A DNA stretch of 64,000 bases. Source: Octopus vulgaris (lineage: Eukaryota). The translations under genes were made by a program, and so were the position numbers. Shown here one piece after another: positions 27,880 through 40,268 of this stretch. Position 1 is the stretch's first letter; each line of letters begins with the position of its first letter. The notes below the pieces were generated by a model that had not been told where the DNA came from, ran no database searches, and saw only the letters and a program-made list of their open reading frames with translations. The stretch spans positions 12,276,001-12,340,000 of the forward strand of contig OX597817.1 in the NCBI GenBank assembly GCA_951406725.2, written 5' to 3'.

Positions 27880-27915
27880 ATGGATATACTGGAATGGTTT
27901 AATAAAAGCTGGCCG
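27880..27915 (+). CDS. Probable first coding exon of the Slob-like gene (MDILEWFNKSWP)
   Basis: ATG with an in-frame upstream TGA and a strong donor CCG|GTAAGT. Phase 0 fits the exon at 42604. No homology evidence for this exon. Confidence 0.5.
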
Positions 27916-28081
27916 GTAAGTTATTTCAATTTATTTGAGGTCGACTTTGCATTTCATCCTTTCGGGGGACGATAAATTAAGTACCAGTAAAACACTGGGG
28001 TCGATGTAATCGACTAGTACCCTCCCCACAAATTTTAAGGCCTTGTGCCTCCTGTAGAAATGATTATTATTAATATTATTA

Positions 28082-28167
<86 letters not shown>

Positions 28168-28620
28168 GAGTGAGAGAGCAGTTCATGCCATCAAAGTGAC
28201 ACTGGGGTAAAATATACGAAGCCCAATATACCCATCATGACTACCCGTCTGATAAGGGTACACCAGGCACATGCATCACAACCATATGTGCGCGACATGG
28301 TGATCTCATATCAAGATAAACAGCACATGACCTTGCAGGTGGGGCCCACTTAGAATTTTCTTCAGGTCGAGTAGCCCATCCCGCTCAAAAGGTCCATGAA
28401 TAAGGGTTGTTTAAGGATGTTGAACGAAACATCCATGTTTCCAGAGGTGAATTATTCAAACCCCAAAGAATCCTTCTCAACACATGGCTATGATGCTCCC
28501 CCACTACTTCTGCTCGTGATAAGAGATGCACATATCGTCAGCCACTAAGGGTCATGCTCAACTGTTTAAGGTTAAACAACTGACAAGCAAATCTGTGGTA
28601 TTGAGCAGAATATTTGCTGT
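28168..28620. mobile_element. Non-coding insert inside a (TTA)n tract, probably a LINE 3' UTR or a non-autonomous element
   Basis: A 450-bp complex block with (TAT)n on both sides. Confidence 0.5.
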
Positions 28621-28664
28621 ATATTATTACTATTATCATCATCATCATCATCATCATCATTATT

Positions 28665-28750
<86 letters not shown>

Positions 28751-28774
28751 TATTATTATTATCATTATTATTAT

Positions 28775-29230
28775 TTTACTTCTCAGAGCTCTCGGGATTA
28801 CTAGCTCTGGTTGATTCTGTGGAAGCAGACAGCAGCAACCTGTTGTCAGAGGTGTCACAGGGTCCCTTTCCGTTAATTATAAGCTTTGGTACCTGGATGT
28901 TAACTTATTGTGGGAGACACTCAACACACCCAAACACCAATCTCAAAATCCTAGCTGTCCCCAATAGAGCAGTTTTTTGAGGCCTGCTCTGCCCTCATGT
29001 CATTTCCAATTTCTCCGACATACTTCTCGAATTTGGTCGTTAGTTCTCTCCGAGAGCCTCCACGCAACGACTGAGATAACAGCTACTCTCCTCGTTGCTT
29101 GCATTCTTGCAATTTCGTCTTTTAGTAGTCTGTATTTCTCCATCTTTTCTAGCTCTTTGTCATCTACACGGGCACCCCCAGGTATGGCTATATCTATGAT
29201 CTTGGTTTCTCTTTTTTTCTTTTATTCTCC
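28775..29230 (-). mobile_element. R4/Dong-like LINE 3' end (restriction-like endonuclease) abutting (TAA)n
   Basis: KIIDIAIPGGARVDDKELEKMEKYRLLKDEIAR...QKTALLGTARILRLVFGC*. Confidence 0.85.
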
Positions 29231-29259
29231 ACAATAATGTCTGGCCCTCGAACATCGGC

Positions 29260-29471
29260 GAGCGGGCAGAATCGTTAGCACACCAGGCAAAATGCTTAGC
29301 GTCATTCCGTCCGTCCTCACGTTCAGAGCTCAAATTCCGCCGTGGTCGACTTTGCCTTTCATCCTTTCGGAGTCGATGAAATAAGTACCAGTAGAGTACT
29401 GAGGTCGATATAATCGACTCCCCTCTCCCCCAAGCCTGCTGCCCTTGTGGAAAAATTTGAAACCATCATCA

Positions 29472-29502
<31 letters not shown>

Positions 29503-29915
29503 GAAGGCACCGAGCCGGCAACATCGTTAGCCCGCCGGGCAAAATGCTTAGCAGCATTTCGTCCGTCTTTACAAAGTCAGCTTTGCCCCTCGTTTTTCCG
29601 GGGTCGATAAAATAAGCACCAGTTGAACATTGGGGTTGATCTAATTGACCTGCTCCCCCCACCCCGACAGTTTTTGGCCTTGTGCTAAAATTTGAAACCA
29701 TTATCATTATTGCGGCGAGCTGGCAGAACCGTTAGCGCGCCAGGCAAAATGTCTAGCGGCATTTCGCCCGTCTTTACGTTCTGAGTTTAAATTCCGCCGA
29801 GGTCAACTTTGCCTTTCATCCTATCGATAAATTAAGTATCAGTGAAACACCGGGGCTGATGTAATCGAATAATCCCCTCAGCAAAAATTTCAGGCTTTGT
29901 GCCTTTAGTAGAAAG
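29260..29915 (+). mobile_element. Three head-to-tail group B SINEs separated by (TTA/TCA)n tails
   Basis: The head GGCGAGCTGGCAGAATCGTTAGC and the Meta-like core are each repeated three times. Confidence 0.85.
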
Positions 29916-30863
29916 GATCATCATCATCATCATCATCATCGTCGTCGTCATCGTTATCAGAATTATTATTGTGATTAAAAGCAGAATCGTACATTTCCCC
30001 TGAGCTCCACTTAGAAGATATTTTCTTTAAGGACTACCTTGTGAAAAAATAAAATCCACAACCCTCACCTCAACAAAGGGCTTCCAGAATGTTTGAATAT
30101 TTATCCTAATACTTTGGAGAAAAGGAGAACATTCATCCGCAGGCATCTTCGACCTATACACATTTTTGCAGGCGTCAAGTTTAGTTCGTTTATCAAGGTT
30201 CAATACAGACACCATAGCTTTGCGAAAGTAGAAGTTAGTCACAAGTAGTTTGTATTTATGTTTAGTTCCAAACAATTTTTGAAAATAGGAAATTGGATTT
30301 AATTTAAAAAGTTAAACAGAAATTGATAATGAAACAGATACTAATGGATACCGACAGTCACATTTTTCTGTTAAAATCGTCGCATTCTAGCTCCGGGGTC
30401 TCCACTTCCCGCCCTTTTCCTCCGCTAACATCTCCTCTCCTCGTACTGATGTCAAAAGCACCTCACCACTTCTGCCAGCAACATACTTCCTTAAGGTCTC
30501 TACCTCTGCTCCCATACAATCTTCAGTACTTACCAATCCAATCAACTACACCCACTCAGAATGCTGCAAACAAATTTGATAATTAGGGTTTAGTTATAAA
30601 AATCGCATATTCAGCAAAAACGCCATCACCGCATTCATGGTCATCGTGACCATTCAAAGGGATGATATCAATATGATAATAGTAATAGCTGATGATGATG
30701 ATGATGATTTGCAGTATTTGTTCCAGTTCTTTGCATACTACCTGTAACGCCTGCAAAGACAAAATCATACAGCCACAAATTGGCGGCTTCCTCGGATAAA
30801 CATTGGTGGGTAGCACTCATGAGCAACAATCAGTCCTCTTCAAAATATAAATAAATAATAAAT

Positions 30864-31755
30864 GCGCCCTTTTAAAGCCTAGCCAGGCTCATGGGCCCGG
30901 TTTCCCGGTTTCTATGGCGTATGTGTTCCCCAGCTGGACGGGACGCCAGTCCATCGCAGCGTTACTCATTTTGCCCAGCTGAGTGGACTAGAGCAACGTG
31001 AAATGAAGTGTTATGCTCAAGAACACAACGCGTTGCCCGGTCCAGGAATCGAAACCACAATCTTACGATCATGGTGCTGACACCCTAACCACCAAGCCAG
31101 GCGCCTCCACCCTCTTCAAAATATCTTGCCCAAATTTACACATACATTTGCAGATGTTTGGTCCAAATTGTCAGACGGAAGCCAGTACAACCGATTAGAT
31201 ATAGCTGTATGGGATTGCAAGAAAAAACAGTTGCGGAAATCAGCTTCCTTTCGGATACCTTTATGATTAGGAAAATACAAGGGAAAGAAAATGCCTATGC
31301 ACCATTGATGAGGAGGAGTCGGTAAATACAGTACCTAAGATCAACTTTTAGCTTCGTAACTATTATTATGGATGGAAGCATTCCGTCGGTTACGACGACG
31401 AGGGTTCCGGTTGATCCGATCAACGGAACAGCCTGCTCGTGAAATTAACGTGTAAGTGGCTGAGCACTCCACAGACACGTGTACCCTTAACGTAGTTCTC
31501 GGGGATATTCAGCGTGACACAGAGAGTGACAAGGCCGGCCCTTTGAAATACAGGTACAACAGAAACAGGTAGTAAGAGTGAGAGAAAGTTGTGGTGAAAG
31601 AGTACAGCAGGGATCAGCACCATCCCTGCCGGAGCCTCGTGGAGCTTTTAGGTGTTTTCGCTCAATAAACACTCAAAACGCCCGGTCTGGGAACGAAACC
31701 GCGATCCTACGACCGCGAGTCCGCTGCCCTAACCACTGGGCCATTGCGCCTCCAC
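30864..31755 (-). mobile_element. Two tRNA-SINEs (30864-31110; group C full length at 31372-31755)
   Basis: 31372-31755 is the reverse complement of 60393-60778. Confidence 0.85.
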
Positions 31756-32043
31756 ATAACTATTATTATAGATGCAACAAGATACGTACCAACCCGCCTG
31801 GAGCAAAGTATGACTGAATCTGGGTTCTTGGTGGGAGAACGCAACCCCTTAATTTATACGTTACAAATGATCACGATATCTAAGACAATAAAAATCTGTA
31901 AGACTTTCTTATGATTTAGAGGATGATGAATCAAAGATGCTTTCCTTCACAACCTGGCTACCCAGAAGAAGACCGGTCAAAATTACCTCCGAATTAAAAA
32001 AAAAGGGAAAAAGAAAACCTATCTGTCTACCTCTATATGCGTG

Positions 32044-32139
<96 letters not shown>

Positions 32140-33257
32140 TGTGTGTACACACATAAATTAAAATGGAAAATTTAAATGTAAAGTATATAATACATTATAA
32201 ACGCTTTTTTGGAGGGGGAAAAGTGCTGTTGAAACAGGATTCTGGTATCTGTTATTACCTGGATAACCGCTTTGCTTTTCACGGTTTATTTTTTTATTTT
32301 TCTCTTCAAAATTGGTCCTCATTATGTCCATTATTTATATTTAAAAATCTAACTGCTTAATTTACAATTGTTTGTATTCTTTAGTTAATGCTCATTATAA
32401 GCAGCAAATGAAAGTATGATATATACCTAAGAAAGCATTAAAATTCCTATCTGCTAGGGTCTGAGTGACTTACCTATCATCTATGAAACAAGTGAGATCC
32501 TTGTCGAGATAGGTGTGTGAGTTATACTTAGAAAACCTTTATAAAATGGTGTAATTTAGACCGAGAAATGTGACATGTGCTCAGGAGTGTACTGGATAAC
32601 AATGTCGTCCTGGCAATAGCTATGCTTTTCGCGTTCTGTCACGGGAGAGGGGAAGACGTAGTTCTTTTTCTGTTCTAAATTTGTGTTTATACTGCCTTCC
32701 ATCACATACATGAGCGCGCCTGTAGGCTTGTTGCAAATTAACAATAGATTCATTAATTAGAGAATATAAAAATGTAATTAAGAAATGTGAATAAAAAAGA
32801 TGTGATCAAAGGTGAAATGAAAATGTCATCATAATTCACTTCCTCCTGCATATCATCATCGTCGTTGTCATCGTATTCGTCATCATCATCATCATCATCA
32901 CCAACACTACCACCACCACTATCACCACCACCATCATCAGCATCATTATCATTATCACCATCATCATCAAATACGTACGTTGCTTTGTGAGTGCATTTGA
33001 AAAATATCACAATCAAAGGACAAGAAAATATTAATTACTTGTTCGTTATAAACAGTATATTGCCTTGTTTTTTATAATCTTCCTTAATTGTCCTAGTAGA
33101 TCATTGTCAGATGGCAATATTGGTATATGGGGATTGGACAATAAGCCTAAGCCAGTGTCAATTAATTACTTTTATAAGAGTATATTACATTGATAATCTT
33201 CCTTAATTGTCCTGTCATACGTAGATCAATTGTCTGTATTAGAAGTGTGTGTGTGAG

Positions 33258-33296
<39 letters not shown>

Positions 33297-33320
33297 TGCA
33301 TTAACTAAAGATTATATGTA

Positions 33321-33930
33321 TATACGAAGTCTGATCAATAAGTATCTGGTCTGTTGCCATAGTAACGAAGCTTAACCACGCAGAGCAAAGCCGCTCGGCA
33401 AAGATTGACCTTGGACTTTACTATGCATGCACACTAAAGTTTTAATGTTCTAGCTCACCACTGCTGTTTACAGCAGTGCTTGGAAGGAAGGTGTGTAGCG
33501 TGTGATCGTCGCATTGACCATGACAGAGAAAGTTGTCATGGTGATACCTGCGCAGAAGCCTACGCAAAGTTAAAGGAAATAGCAGCGGAGGAAACGGTAG
33601 AGGAATGTCTATGAGAGATAAAGGATATAACGACATATTACACGAGAGGAAAAATATGGCACAGTGAGGTACGCTTCGTAAGCGAAGAAGAAGCGAGGAA
33701 ACACTCCACTGTGCCTTTGAGATCAGCCGAGTGGGGAAATCATCGAATCTCCATCCGTGAGTTATCAGCGGATGTGCAGATAAGTTACGGTTCAGTTCAG
33801 GCGATTATCACTGAAGATTTGGGTATGAGACGCGTGTCTGCCAAGTTTGTGCCAAAACTGCTTTCAGCTGACCCAAAAAAATTCAGGTTTCCTTGATTGT
33901 GTCAAGAACGATGAAAACTTTTTGGAAACT
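33321..33930 (+). mobile_element. Mariner 5' end and transposase fragment, interleaved with LINE ORF1 sequence
   Basis: TIR-like TACGAAGTCTGATCAATAAGTA and NHRISIRELSADVQISYGSVQAIITEDLGMRRVSAKFVPKLL. Confidence 0.75.
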
Positions 33931-34529
33931 TGTATAGGCATCTGAGCAAGAATTGCCAAGAATTGTCGTAGAAGGGAGACCGCCGGTATGTTTTTTATGT
34001 GGAGTAAGGGGACACATGATAGCAAAGTGTCCCCAGAAACACGAACAGGAGGAGGCAGAGAAGGAGCATCAGGAAGGTCAAGAGCGGCTAGACTTTAGTT
34101 TCGTTACTACGGAGGAAATGGTGGAAAAATATACAGATGAGATAGAAAGAAAGAGGAGTAACTGTGGAATCTCCACCTAAAAGAAGATTTCAAGAACAGC
34201 AGAGGATAACAAGAACGAGAAATTATGGAAGGATCCATAGAGGAGCCATGACTGTGTAATCAACACAAGGCCCGAAATTTTGGGGGAGGGGGCCTAGAAA
34301 ACCTTAATCTTCGACAAAACTCTGTCTAGATTTAAAGAGCAAACTCTACGGTATCAGGGCAAAATCCCAATGAGGACAACCCCACCTCAACCCCGGACAA
34401 AATCCCTCCGGACAAAATCCCCTGAGTCAATATTACACCACAGGAATATTGATAAATTGATGAATTACCTTGTTCGTTATAAACTTATGAATTGCCTTGT
34501 TTTTTATTAACTTCTTATTAAAATAGTAG

Positions 34530-34878
34530 AACAGTCATTTGTTTGTTTTTATTTATGCTTATGGCTTATATAGGAATATTAATGCAGTATATGGGGATTG
34601 GACAATAAGCCTAAGCCAGTGTCAACGGTGGTTCCAGAAATTCCAAACTGGAAACTACAGCGTAGAAGACGAACTTCGTCCTGGAAGATCTGTAGAGCTC
34701 GATGAGGACATCCTGCAATCCCTGGTAGAAGAAAATCCCGTCGTAACTGTTGAGGAACTAGCAGGGAAACTTGGATTTGGTCATTCAACCATTCATCAAC
34801 ACTTAGGCTAAAAGAAAAACGACATTTTTTGTTTTCAAGACGAAAGGTGCTCTTCCATCAGGATAATGCTCAGCCGTT
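34530..34878 (+). mobile_element. Mariner transposase fragment (HTH region plus a DNA(P) motif remnant)
   Basis: CQRWFQKFQTGNYSVEDELRPGRSVELDED...TVEELAGKLGFGHSTIHQHL, and LFHQDNAQP. Confidence 0.85.
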
Positions 34879-35035
34879 TTTCGAATCATTTGATTCTGAG
34901 CTGTATTAGAAGTGTGTTAGCCCCATGTGAGTTTTGTTGTATTGCATTGTTAATTTACTGAATTGTTGAACTGCTATTAACTGGAATTGTTGAAATTGTT
35001 GTTGTTAACAGGCTTTTATTTTTTCTTCCCCATTT

Positions 35036-35738
35036 ATGGGTGAAGTTATAAATAATACTGTCATGGAAAGTAAACCAACGGGAAGTTACGCTGCAGTGAC
35101 CGGCAAAGTCCTGTCAGTAGAGGTACTGCAGGTTCATGAAATCGAGTTAAAGGAGAATTTTTAAAAATATTACAGTTTGTTGAAGAAGGAGGTGGACAGC
35201 CTGAGGTTGAAGCCCCCTAAAGAAATACTTGAAAAAACTGAAAAAAGGACAATTATTTATAGAACATTGAATGTGTCAACGAAAAAAGTTGAAATAGCAG
35301 CGGAGGAAACGGTAGAGGAATGTCTATGAGAGATAAATGATATAACTACATATTACACGAGAAGAAAAATATGGCACAGTGAGGTACGCTTCGTAAGCGA
35401 AGAAGAAGCGAGGAAACACCCCACTGTGCCTTTGAGATCAGCCGAGTGGGCACTGCTACCTATTTATTGTGGCAAACGTGCGGCCAGAATAAGAATAGGT
35501 AGAGTGCCCCCAGAAATTGATGAGGCCTGGCTGGTGGCAGCCATCCTCTGTAACACAGTGGAAGACTCTCAGGTGTTGAAGATATCGAGAATGTCGGAGG
35601 TGAACTGATGGGGTTATGGACTAGAGGTGTCGGTCCATATCAGCCTGCCGGACCTCCACAAAATTGCAGAAGAGCTGGTGCTACCAGATGAGACAAGATC
35701 AAGAATTGTCGTAGAAGGGAGACCGCCGGTATGTTATT
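35036..35738 (+). mobile_element. Decayed Tx1/L1-like ORF1 (gag-like); the zinc-knuckle part appears at 33957-34250
   Basis: SYAAV, RIRIGRVPPEIDEAWL and RIVVEGRPPVC(FLCGVRGHMIAKC), with in-frame stops. Confidence 0.65.
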
Positions 35739-36170
35739 TAGGGAAAATGAAGGAGAGTATATTTTAGATTAAAAAAGAACTTTATCGTAATTTTGAAAAA
35801 TAAAAGTAGTATAAAAAAACCCCACATTATTTATGGGATGACGCAATAGATAGTGGATAAAAACTATATTTGGTAACTGAATGAATGAATGGAATTAAAT
35901 TTGATAACCTTGAATATTGTTAAATTATATCGGAACGGAACATAAAATTACTGATTACACAATTCAGAGATGCACGTTTTATTAATCAACATTAAAAAAT
36001 ATGATGACAATTCAAATACCAGAATCAAAGTTTTTTAATGCATGCGGACACTTCAAGAAATTTTGTTTGGTGTCCTGGAAGAATACAAGACCACGTAATT
36101 CAGCGGATTTACTATATATAGTGTTATGCATTATCAAAACAGCTGCATGGAAGTGAAACATGGGCTATCA

Positions 36171-36374
36171 TATTATTTACATTATTTACATTACATTTGA
36201 CGGATATTTGTCGGATATATGCCCACGGGCATATGGCGTAGTGGTTAAGAGCGCGGGCTACTAGACCCAAGATTCCGAGTTCGATTCCAAGCAGTGACAT
36301 GGACAATAATAATAGTAATTTTTTTATTTTTTAGTTTTAGCTCAGAGCTGTGGCCATGCTAATGCACCGCCGTT

Positions 36375-36413
<39 letters not shown>

Positions 36414-36595
36414 TCGAATAATACCTTAAAAATGAGAACCCAGGTTCGAAATTTCCCCAAGACACCTGATGGAGGCTGGAGGGTATATCAGCCGAAACGT
36501 TGTGCTAACAACAAACAAGATGAGGACAAATATCCGTCGAATGTAAACAATGTAAATAATGTACACAATTCCTCATCTCTTAAATATAGAACTGT
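36171..36595 (+). mobile_element. tRNA-headed SINE with a hammerhead-containing tail and a 5' inverted segment; 11-bp TSD
   Basis: TSD ATGGGCTATCA at 36160-36170 and 36596-36606. A/B boxes at 36227-36298, then (AAT)n, then a hammerhead at 36462-36505. 36172-36212 is an inverted copy of 36525-36560. Confidence 0.85.
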
Positions 36596-37014
36596 ATGGG
36601 CTATCAAAGCTGAGGAAATGCATAGGCTTGAAAGAAATGAAGCCAGTATGCTTCGCTGAATGTGCATTGTTAGTGTACATATCCGGCCGAGTGAAAGCAT
36701 CTTGAGAGAAAAAGTTAGGCATAAGAGGAACCAGATGTGGTGTGCAAGAGAGACGACTGCGTTGGTATGGTCATGTGAAGAGTATGGACGAGGACAGTTG
36801 TGTAAAGAAATACCAATCTCTGACTGGGGAGGGAACCTGTGGTAGAGGTAGACCCAGGAAAAAATGGAACGAGGTGGTGAAGCATGACTTTCGAATTTTG
36901 AACCTTATAGAGGCAATGATTAGTGACCGAGACCTTTGGCGATGTGCTCTGCTTAAGAGGACCCGGTAAACCAAGTGCACCCGTGCTGTTGGCACGTAAA
37001 AGATCAACCCTTGA

Positions 37015-37360
37015 ACGTCGGGTCTCATGGAGGCAAAGTGGCTGAGTATCTTTCGAGCGTTGGACCTGACGGGGGCAAAGTGGCTAAGTTCCTTTCAAGT
37101 ATTGGGTCTCAAGGAGGCGAGGTGGCTGAGTTCCTTTCGAGCGGGCCTCCCGTAGTCGAGATGGCTGAGTTCCTTTCATGCGTTGGGCCCCATGGAGGCA
37201 AAGTAACCGAGCTTCTGGGCCTCATGGAAGCAAAGTGGCTGAATACCTTTCAAGCGTTGGACCTGACGGAGGCAAAGTGGCTAAATTCCTTTCGGGTGTT
37301 GGGCTTCACGGAGGCGAGGTGGCCGAGCTCCTTTCGAGTGTTGGGCCTCAAAGAGGCAAT
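37015..37360 (+). repeat. Minisatellite with a 42-bp unit (about 8 diverged units) in the RTE 3' UTR
   Basis: Unit approximately GGAGGCAAAGTGGCTGAGTTCCTTTCGAGCGTTGGGCCTCAC. Confidence 0.85.
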
Positions 37361-38034
37361 GACCAAGACCTTTGGCATCATGTCATGCTTGAGAAGAAGA
37401 CCCATCAAGCTGAGTAAAATCACAGTTGTGGCAGATACTGGTGTCACGCAAATGGCACCCGTACTGGTGGCACGTAAAAGTACCCATTACACTTTCGGAG
37501 TGGTTGGCATTAGGAAGGGTGTCCAGCCGTAGAAAACCATGCCAAATCAGATTGGACCCTTGCGGAGCCTTCCAGCGTGCCGTCCCAGTCAAACCGTCCA
37601 ACCCATGCCAGCATGGACAACAGACGTTAAATGATGATGATGATGATGACGACGACGATGTTTATTTATATACACGTATAGCCTCGAGTCGACCAGAGCC
37701 TTGTGAGTGGATTCGGTTGACGGAAACTGAAAGAAGTTCGTTGTATGTTTGTGTATGTGTGTGTGTGTGTGTGTTTCCACCCCCACCATTGCTTGACAAC
37801 CAATGCTGGTGTGTTTATGTTCCCGCAACTTAGTGGTTCGGCAGACTAGACCGATAGAAGAAGTACTAGGCTTTCTAAGAATAAGTCCTGGGGTCGATTT
37901 CTTCGACTAAAAACTCCTTTAAGATGGTGCTCCAGCATGGCCGCAATGAAATGACAGAAACAAGAAAAAGTATTTCGACTTTGCAGAATTTAGCATCAAT
38001 ATTCAAGGGAGGCAACTTGTAAGATCATAATATC

Positions 38035-38084
<50 letters not shown>

Positions 38085-38808
38085 TGCACACTTTATTATG
38101 ATTTTATTCATTAAAAGTTTTAAGAATATGATAATTTACATATTTAATGCGAGAGTACGAGTGTGTATAATTATTACTTATTCTAATTACCTTCTATAAT
38201 ATTTAACATCTTCACTCTCAGTTTCTGTTAATTTCAGGTTTTCTGTTCCTATTGAGAAAAATAATTTATGATTTCGGTCATAATATTAACATCAACTGCA
38301 ATTTGTCTCTGGTTACGATATCGTAACTAAATTATTAATAGGTCCTCCATATCAAAGATTATTGGATTTCGATCTTTTTTACACTGCATATCCATTCGTA
38401 AATCACACCGGTGTTATAGCTTGTGAGTTTCTTTTCGGTGAAGGGATGAATGTATGGTTAAAAAGCTCGCTTGCGACAACGTATTTTCGGATTAAGTTCC
38501 ATTGTGCACCTATTTTGGCTGCTATCAGCATGCAAAACTACATCAGAATAGAATTAAGATCCACTGCAGAAAGAATAGAGAAGAAAGTCTTTTGTTTATA
38601 CTTCAGACGTTAAGTTCAAAATTATTGAAAGGTTTGATGGCAACGAAAACAAAGCTAAAAGTCTGAAGAAAGAAAGGCTCAATGAGTCAGCAAAACAAAT
38701 TATTTGGGGTAAAGCCAGGACGGGATCATAGCTTAGTCCCCACTTTTTGCTTTCTTTCGTTTTGCATGCATAGATACATATATATTTTGTATTTCATACC
38801 CAAACTAC

Positions 38809-39231
38809 GGATCTTTTCGGTTTGAACGGCAGTTTTTTCTAGCGGTGTCATATGAAATTGTCACCCATAATTATGACCCTAGAATCGATCTATTGCATTT
38901 CAATGTCTTTTAGGGTTAGGGTTAGGGTTAGGGGTGGGGGAAGGGTATCTTTTTTTCTTCACAAATGTAAATAAACCCAATCTGTTTCTTAAACGTGGGA
39001 CATATTCATACGGCACAGAATGCTTTTTAACTCAACAGACGTCACTGATTGGTTGAAATTGCAGAAATTGAAGAAAAAACAACAACAAATATCTTACAAA
39101 CTATAGAATTTTCTCAATAAAGCCAAGAGAAAAAGATGTTTTATAAACACATTCTACCAGTATACGAAGTTTAAAATATTTTAGTTACATAGAAATTATG
39201 TTAAAAACTGCCGTTCAAACCGAAAAGATCC
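38809..39231. mobile_element. MITE with TIRs of about 29 bp, an 8-9 bp TSD and internal (TTAGGG)4
   Basis: GGATCTTTTCGGTTTGAACGGCAGTTTTT ... AAAAACTGCCGTTCAAACCGAAAAGATC(C), with (C)CAAACTAC duplicated in the flanks. Confidence 0.9.
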
Positions 39232-39416
39232 CAAACTACTATATTTATTACATCTGATTTGTTTATCCGCATAATTGCCTCCATATCTGCCCAACTTGAT
39301 CCCTCTTATAACCATTCTTTACCCAGGGGAATTGATCTCCTGTGAAGACACCGGAGTCTAAGTTTGAATCATTTGAGTACTACTGTCTTCTATACTGAGA
39401 ATCTCTGCATCTCATC

Positions 39417-39491
<75 letters not shown>

Positions 39492-39500
39492 ATATATATA

Positions 39501-39537
<37 letters not shown>

Positions 39538-39549
39538 CATTATATATGT

Positions 39550-40143
39550 TATACGAGGGTGAGTCAAAAAGTAATGCCATTTTCTTTAGGACAGGTATAA
39601 TTGCTAACACAGGAACATGTATCATACATCAAAATGAAGCTGGTCCTCTGTGGATCACATCCCTACTTCTTAACATAGTCACCGTTTCTCTTAATAGCAA
39701 TGTTCCACCTTCGAATGAGAGCATGTATCCCTGCTCCGTAAAATTCTGTTGACTGTTCTTTGAACCACTTCTTCACTCCAGTTTTCACTTCCTTGTCACT
39801 GGAATAACGTCTGCCTCTCAAACCCTCTTTCGTGGCGCTGAAGAGATGATAGTCTGAAGGCGCTAAATCTGGTGAGTGTGGAGGTAGTGAAGAAGTGGCT
39901 CACGGAACAGTCAATAGAATCCACTGCAGAAAGAATAGAGAAGAAAGTCTTTTGTACATGCTTCAGACGAAGGTCAAAACATTGAAATGATGGCAAGAAA
40001 CGCTGACTATGTTGAAGAAGTAGGGATGTGATCCAGCAAACCAGCTTATTTTGATAAAGCCAGGACGGGATCATGCTTAGTCCCCACTGTATTGGTAATT
40101 ATACCCGTCCTAAACAAAATGGCATTTTATGACTCACCCTCAT
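39550..40143. mobile_element. Mariner derivative made of two inverted 3' ends; the right arm is mosaic
   Basis: TIR TACGAGGGTGAGTCAAAAAGTAATGCC. The minus strand reads KEGLRGRRYSSDKEVKTGVKKWFKEQSTEFYGAGIHALIRRWNIAIKRNGDYVKK*. Confidence 0.8.
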
Positions 40144-40228
40144 ATATATATATATATATCATATATATATATATATATGAATATATATATAGCGGTGTAT
40201 ATGAAATTGTCACCCATATATATATATA

Positions 40229-40268
<40 letters not shown>

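Larger units (their letters stand above)
36120..37650 (+). mobile_element. RTE LINE 3' region, interrupted by the hammerhead-SINE at 36171-36595, with a (GAT)n tail
   Basis: LHGSETWAI|KAEEMHRLERNEASMLR..ERRLRWYGHV..GRGRPRKKWNEVVKHD..DRDLWR. Confidence 0.9.

Noticed and set aside
36227-36298. tRNA gene (also other tRNA-like heads such as 49572 and 60395)
   Set aside because: No proper acceptor stem or terminator, and each continues into a repeated SINE body.
37015-37360. CRISPR-like periodic array
   Set aside because: Contiguous diverged units with no unique spacers, no cas genes, and a eukaryotic LINE context.
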